A DNA stretch of 38,062 nucleotides from Octopus bimaculoides (lineage: Eukaryota). Shown here piece by piece: positions 33,104 to 38,062 of the stretch (positions are counted from its first letter, which is position 1; each line of letters starts with the position of its first letter). Under the pieces are notes generated by a model, which was not told the origin of the DNA, ran no database searches, and saw only the letters and a list, made by a program, of their open reading frames with translations. The DNA lies in assembly GCF_001194135.2 (NCBI RefSeq), contig NC_068982.1, positions 8,145,346 through 8,183,407 on the forward strand. The letters are read 5' to 3'. Both the position numbers and the translations under genes were made by a program.

Positions 33104-33669
33104 CAACTATTCGAGGACTCTGAGTGTGCCCGAGATGACGTACCACGTAAATGACCGGACAAAATGAAGAGAACGATTCACGGTGAGCCGTGCAATAAGC
33201 ACGACCGGATGATGACGATGGGACTCAAGAAAAGTGATTAGGAAAGATAACTTCAAGAAATTAAGAATTCATTTCAGTGAAAATTATATTTTCATGCTTT
33301 ATTTGTTCTCGGAAACTCTTGAACAATGACTTCCAAATTATGGATATTCTCATGTACTGAATGTTCAGTTTTAACACTTTTAAGTTGAGATCCGCCAGAA
33401 AAACACATCCAAAAAGAGATTTTCAGAGAGCAGATGTTCTAGAATATAAAAAAAGAGGTGGGGGGTCTAGCGTAGAGTTTTGTGTGAGGCTTGGAACAGG
33501 GGATACTGAATGGGTTGTGGTGAGGTGGTCAGTGTAGGCTTTTCTTCGTTGAGCCACCGTTTTTGCAGGGGTCGAATCATGAAAAAAAATTGATATTGTA
33601 TTTTTATTAATTGAATGTAAGATCAGGCTGGTTGCGTACATTACAACAGACTCAGCAACAGATTTTATT

Positions 33670-34440
33670 GATAGGTTAGGCACGAACACTTATATGATTA
33701 TCAAATCTTTACTGTCTGCAAAAATAGTTTGTGAGAATTGATTTAACAGCATTTGCTCGGTCATTTGCTGTCTGAATGGAAAAAACAAAAGATACAGGTC
33801 TGCTGCAAATTGTTAAGATCTTTTTCTAGTTTGTCCTGCTTGAATCTCAACATCACGTTGCTATGATTTAGGAGCCAAACTGCTTAACTGCTAGGGAAAC
33901 AGGGCGCAAAACTCAACAACATTCAAGATGCTGTTCACGGCATAGCTTTAAGCTGATTGGTCGATTTTTAGGTTGTTCACGTGAAACTTGTAATGATCCG
34001 ATTGTGACTTACTCATGTTCGTAAGCTAATAACTTCACAGCTGAGCCTCTAAAGGGTGATTACGTGGTAATAAGAAAAACGGAAATGGATGTATGTGATT
34101 GTCATAAATGGAGGTCGTATGCAATTTGCTAGTTCTGAGGAACAGAAGTTGTATTTGGCAGAAAAGCACAAAGAAGAGAAATTATGTGTTGACAGGTATA
34201 TCTTCACCAGTCAGCTGGATGGTTATCTTTTGTGTGTGGGTTCCAGAAGTTTCTGTGCCAAGCAACAGCACCGGTCCAGATATGGAAATGATATATTATT
34301 GTGGGTCTTACTCGAGTTTTCAAGACGGTCAGCAACAATTCAGAGCCGGTCCTGTCTTGAAGAAGGACACTACTTTTCTATCTTAATGAATGCAAGATTG
34401 CCAAGAAAGATCGTCAGTGATGGTGAAGCCTAGTATTTGC
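33670..34440 (+). pseudogene. Old, highly decayed RTE-type RT remnant
   Basis: Ordered partial motifs IDLT-AF (33737), GKQG, MLFTA, RKTE and GHY..LMNARLPRKIVSDGE. Confidence 0.4.
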
Positions 34441-34805
34441 CACGATTTCAAAGGTTTTAATTGCATACTGTCCAAGACTAGAAAAAAATTACAGTGCTCG
34501 CATCTTTGTACTGCTGGAAGATATTGCCATTAAGAAAAGGTTTTCGGTGTCATAGAGAGGCGTAGATTTGATGTAACTTGGCAAGTGGGCGCAGTAGTGA
34601 AAGTTTACGTTGTGCTAAAGCAGTATTTCTCTTAAGAAGAGCAACCTTTTCACTAGGCATGTTTAAAAGAATAAAGATGATTTTAAACTTTTAAAACTTG
34701 TCCGACACCAAGGCGAAGAGAATAGAATTTTATGGACGCTCATTATTTTGTCTTCTCAATAATAATAAAAAACGAAATTTCAAATAATCCTCCAATCTAA
34801 TTTTG

Positions 34806-35560
34806 TTTCAAATTTTGGCACAAGGCTAGCAATTTTGTGGGAGGGTAAAGTCGATTATATCGATTCTAGTACTGAACAAGTTTTCATTTTATTGACCCCG
34901 AAAAGATATGTTCGATCTCAGGACGAGATACCACTAAGCGTTTTGCCAGGCGTGCTAATGATTTTGCCAGTTCGCCAAGGCGGCGAGATGGCAGAAACAT
35001 TAGCACGCCGGGCGAAATGCTTTGCGGTATTTCGTTCTGAGTTCAAATTCCACCGAGGTCGACTTTGCCTTTCATCCTTTCGGGGTCGATAAATTAAGTA
35101 CCAGTCGCGTACTGGAGTAGATCTAATCGACTGGCCCTCTCCCCACAAATTTCGGGCCTTGTGCCTAGAGTAGAAAAGCATATTTTGGTTATGGTAAGGC
35201 GGCGAGATGGCAGAAGCATTAGAATAACGTAATGTGTCTTATGCTGTAATGCCAAGATCTGTAGATATCCATATTCAGGCAAGTATCTTTCCATATAATT
35301 ACTTGCCTTATTCTGTTTTTAGAATAATAATCACATAACAGTATTAACTAAAATAATCTTTTCTATTCTAGGCACAAGGACCAAAACTTTTCGAGAGGTG
35401 ACCAGTCGATTAGATGCGACTGGTACTTAATTTATTGACCCCGAAAGGATGAAAGGCAAAGTCGACTTCAGCAGAATTTGAGTTCAGAACACAAAGACAG
35501 ACAAAATGCCACTAAGCATTTCGTCCGGTGCACTAATGTTTCTGCCAGCTCGCTGTCTTA
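34806..35560. mobile_element. Family-B SINE cluster in alternating orientation
   Basis: Minus copy 34806-34976, plus copy 34977-35183, head fragment at about 35195-35222, minus copy 35354-35560. Confidence 0.88.
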
Positions 35561-35672
35561 ATAATAACTAAAATAATACACCTGTTTCATGCAGTGTAAA
35601 GCTTTAAATATCTCTTACATGATAACACATACGATTTTCAATGCAATTAATTCATTGTTTACATGTAAGTAT

Positions 35673-35725
35673 GTCCAACCCATGCCAGCATGGAAAACGG
35701 AATTAAACGATGATGAGGATGATGA
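35673..35725 (+). mobile_element. SINE family F 3' fragment
   Basis: GTCCAACCCATGCCAGCATGGAAA..TTAAACGATGATGA, the same tail as 37800-37846. Confidence 0.7.
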
Positions 35726-36066
35726 CAGAAATGCTAAACATTGTTGAGCATTTTACGGTAAAGAACACAGCCTCTTACCTTTGCCTTTTACTTCTACCTA
35801 ATTACAATGACTAAACAAACAGGGGCAGCCCTCTAACCCTCTGTTCTGTAATTCTCCCTTCCAACATCTTAAATTAATTGAAACAATTTTAAATAACCAT
35901 ATCCTTTCTTAGACTAAATTTCTTTCTCTTCTTAGTGACCACTAGTATGGTTTCGTTAGAAGTATATACTAGTCTTTTATTTTCCTACATCATACACCAG
36001 TGTCTTATGGTCCTTAGCAAATTGTGTGACAGCAATGATTTTGTTTTTAATATTAACGAAGTCTTT

Positions 36067-36477
36067 AAGGTGGTGAGCTGGCAGAATCGTTAGCACTCCG
36101 GGCGAAATGCTTAGCGGTATTTTGTCTGGCAAAAAGTTCTAAGTTCAAATTCCGCCGAAGTCGACTTTGCCTTTCATCCTTTTGTGTTCGATTAAATAAG
36201 TACCAGCTATGCACTGAGGTCGATGTAATCGACTTAATCCCTTTGTCTGTCCCCTCTATGTTTAGCTCCTTGTGGGCAATAAAGAAATAAGAAACTTTAG
36301 CATGGTGGGTGAAATGCTTAGCAGTATTTTGTCTGTCTTTACGTTCTGGGTTCAAATTCCACTAAAGTCGACTTTGCCTTTCATCCTTTCAGTTGCGTAC
36401 TGGAGTCGATCTAATCGACAGACCCCCCCCCAAAAAAAAAATTTCAGGTCTTGTGCCTAGAGTAGAAAAGAATATTA
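36067..36477 (+). mobile_element. Dimeric family-B SINE
   Basis: Monomer 1 (head, core, alternative tail) is fused to monomer 2 at AATAAAGAAATAAGAAACTTTAGCAT (36278-36303). Confidence 0.85.
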
Positions 36478-37140
36478 ACAAAGTCTTCCAAAATCCTCCT
36501 AGCTAAGTTTACTATTTATGGGTTCCATGTATCTCTGATCTCTTAGATTGTTGGTTTTCTGTACAACAACTCCTTTCTGGTGTTGTTGAGAAGGGAAATG
36601 ATGGGGCCTTTTCATCAAAGGTGCAGCTACATGTCACCCAGTTTTATAAAATTAACAACTTATTTGCTGTTAATTCCAATGGCTGACATAAATACACAAC
36701 TTCATCGTTAACCCCATCTTTCATGCCTGTCTAATCTTCTGCCTTGAAATCCAAAACGCTCCACACTAGCCTTGCGCTGCTTTTATAAACAGAGACTTTG
36801 AAAGCATCTTTCAAATACCACAAATACCACAACAATGTAGACTCCTTTGATTGCATTATGCTACAATTGACTACACATCTCAAACCATGTATTTTACATA
36901 CATTTAGACACACATCAACAATACCAAAGCTAACATCTTTGAAGTTGTTACAAATGCTAATCATCATCATCTCTAATCTCTAAAGATGATCTCACTTATA
37001 TTACATTGCTGAAAACTGCATCCTTGGATACTAGGGCTTCTCCACAAAGTAAAATAATACTTTGGCTTGTAGCACAAAATTTTTTTTTTGCAAGGGATTT
37101 CATATTGCAACATAAAGACAAGAAAGGTATTTTTAAATAT

Positions 37141-37393
37141 AATAATAAATAAATGTGCCCTTTTAAAGCCTAGCCAAGCTCATGGGCCCGATTTCTATGG
37201 CGTATGCGTTCCCCAGCTGGACAGGACGCCAGTCCATCGCAGCGTTACTCATTTTTGCCAGCTGAGTGGACTGGAGCATCGTAAAATGAAGTGTCTTGCT
37301 CAAGGACACAACGCTTCGCCCGGTCCAGGAATCGAAACTACAATCTTACGATCATGATGCTGACACCTTAACCACTAAGCCACGCGCCTCCAC
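37141..37393 (-). mobile_element. tRNA-derived SINE, family E (CORE/V-like central domain)
   Basis: Minus strand GTGGAGGCGCGTGGCTTAGTGGTTAAGG...GTTTCGATTCCTGG, then GTGTCCTTGAGCAAGACACTT, GCGATGGACTGGCGTCCTGTCCAG and an ATT tail. Confidence 0.88.
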
Positions 37394-37711
37394 ATTTTTA
37401 GATTTAGGAAAATTCAAATCAAACTGCAAAAATTTAAAAGAACACAAACGAATGATCAAGAATGAAAATTACTTTTTATTCTGTAGTGTTTTATTCTGAG
37501 GTTATAATTTTTAAAGGTTTAATTTCAACTTCTCTTCTTCAGCTGAAAATATAAAGAATAAATAACATTATAAAAAAACAGTGTATAAGCACATGAGAAG
37601 AAGAACTAAATGAACTTCAATAAAAATAAAATGGTGTGATTTATGGTTAATCAAATTTATTCTGAGTTTAATGATATTTGAAGGTCCATAAAGAATTGCA
37701 ACGCAGGTTAT

Positions 37712-37846
37712 TAAAAAGCACCCAATACACTCTCGGAGCGGTTGGCATTAGGATTGGAGCCTGGTGCAGCCTTCTGGCTTGCCAGCCCTCAGTCAAACCG
37801 TCCAACCCATGCCAGCATGGAAAGCGGACGTTAAACGATGATGATG
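37712..37846 (+). mobile_element. SINE family F 3' portion with (GAT)n tail
   Basis: GGAGCGGTTGGCATTAGG...CAGTCAAACCGTCCAACCCATGCCAGCATGGAAAGCGGACGTTAAACGATGATGATG. Confidence 0.7.
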
Positions 37847-38062
37847 TTACTGGATGTGAATGCTATTTAAGTGTAGCCCAATTATTTTTCTTTTTCTGTA
37901 CACATACACACACACATGCACACATATACATATATGCTGGTCATTCCTCTTATTTTTGTATGTAATATAATTTTAATCTTCGGATTTTTTTAATATGCTA
38001 GACCACTGGTTTTAATAGATTAATATCAATTTCTACCCTTATTAATAAATCATATATATTAT

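Larger units (their letters stand above)
28420..33220 (+). mobile_element. Near-full-length decayed RTE-group LINE (APE + RT) with five nested insertions
   Basis: EN motifs FTVRTLN, ICIQEHRF, GGV.GILLSPHAL, GDMNA, CLNTRYQKR, AQLDYIFINK, SDH. RT motifs EIPPEVWK, GFQRNRST, AGVSQGD, GYADDLAL, KIDGTYTR. 3' end GCACGACCGGATGATGACGATG. Confidence 0.85.

Noticed and set aside
36731-36983. Short opposing ORFs
   Set aside because: Under 80 aa, no recognisable motifs or splice context.

Overview
AT-rich, repeat-dense eukaryotic genomic DNA with five N gaps (13745-14608, 15623-15665, 21116-21218, 22879-22888, 27295-27810). The tRNA-SINE content and microsatellite load look like an octopod cephalopod (inference). 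Host-gene content is small: one intact 511-aa ORF in what looks like a terminal exon (15992-17527, +, no recognisable family), an upstream AG|GTGAGT splice site, and a GC-rich promoter/first exon on the minus strand at the window start. The rest is transposon debris: at least six tRNA-SINE types (my working labels A-F), decayed LINEs (L1/Tx1, two RTE-group, one R4/Dong-like), Penelope-like (PLE) remnants, three Tc1/mariner copies (two DD37D, one DD34D), a Chapaev3-like fragment, MITEs and a probable solo LTR. The most interesting signal is a tRNA-headed SINE (C) whose tail folds into a minimal type I hammerhead ribozyme of PLE type (10855-10900). It has an inverted partial copy directly upstream, a diverged relative at 7769-7985, a second hammerhead-like motif at 25380-25417 and a PLE GIY-YIG remnant in the same window. 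All family assignments come from motif recognition by eye; no database search or folding program was run.
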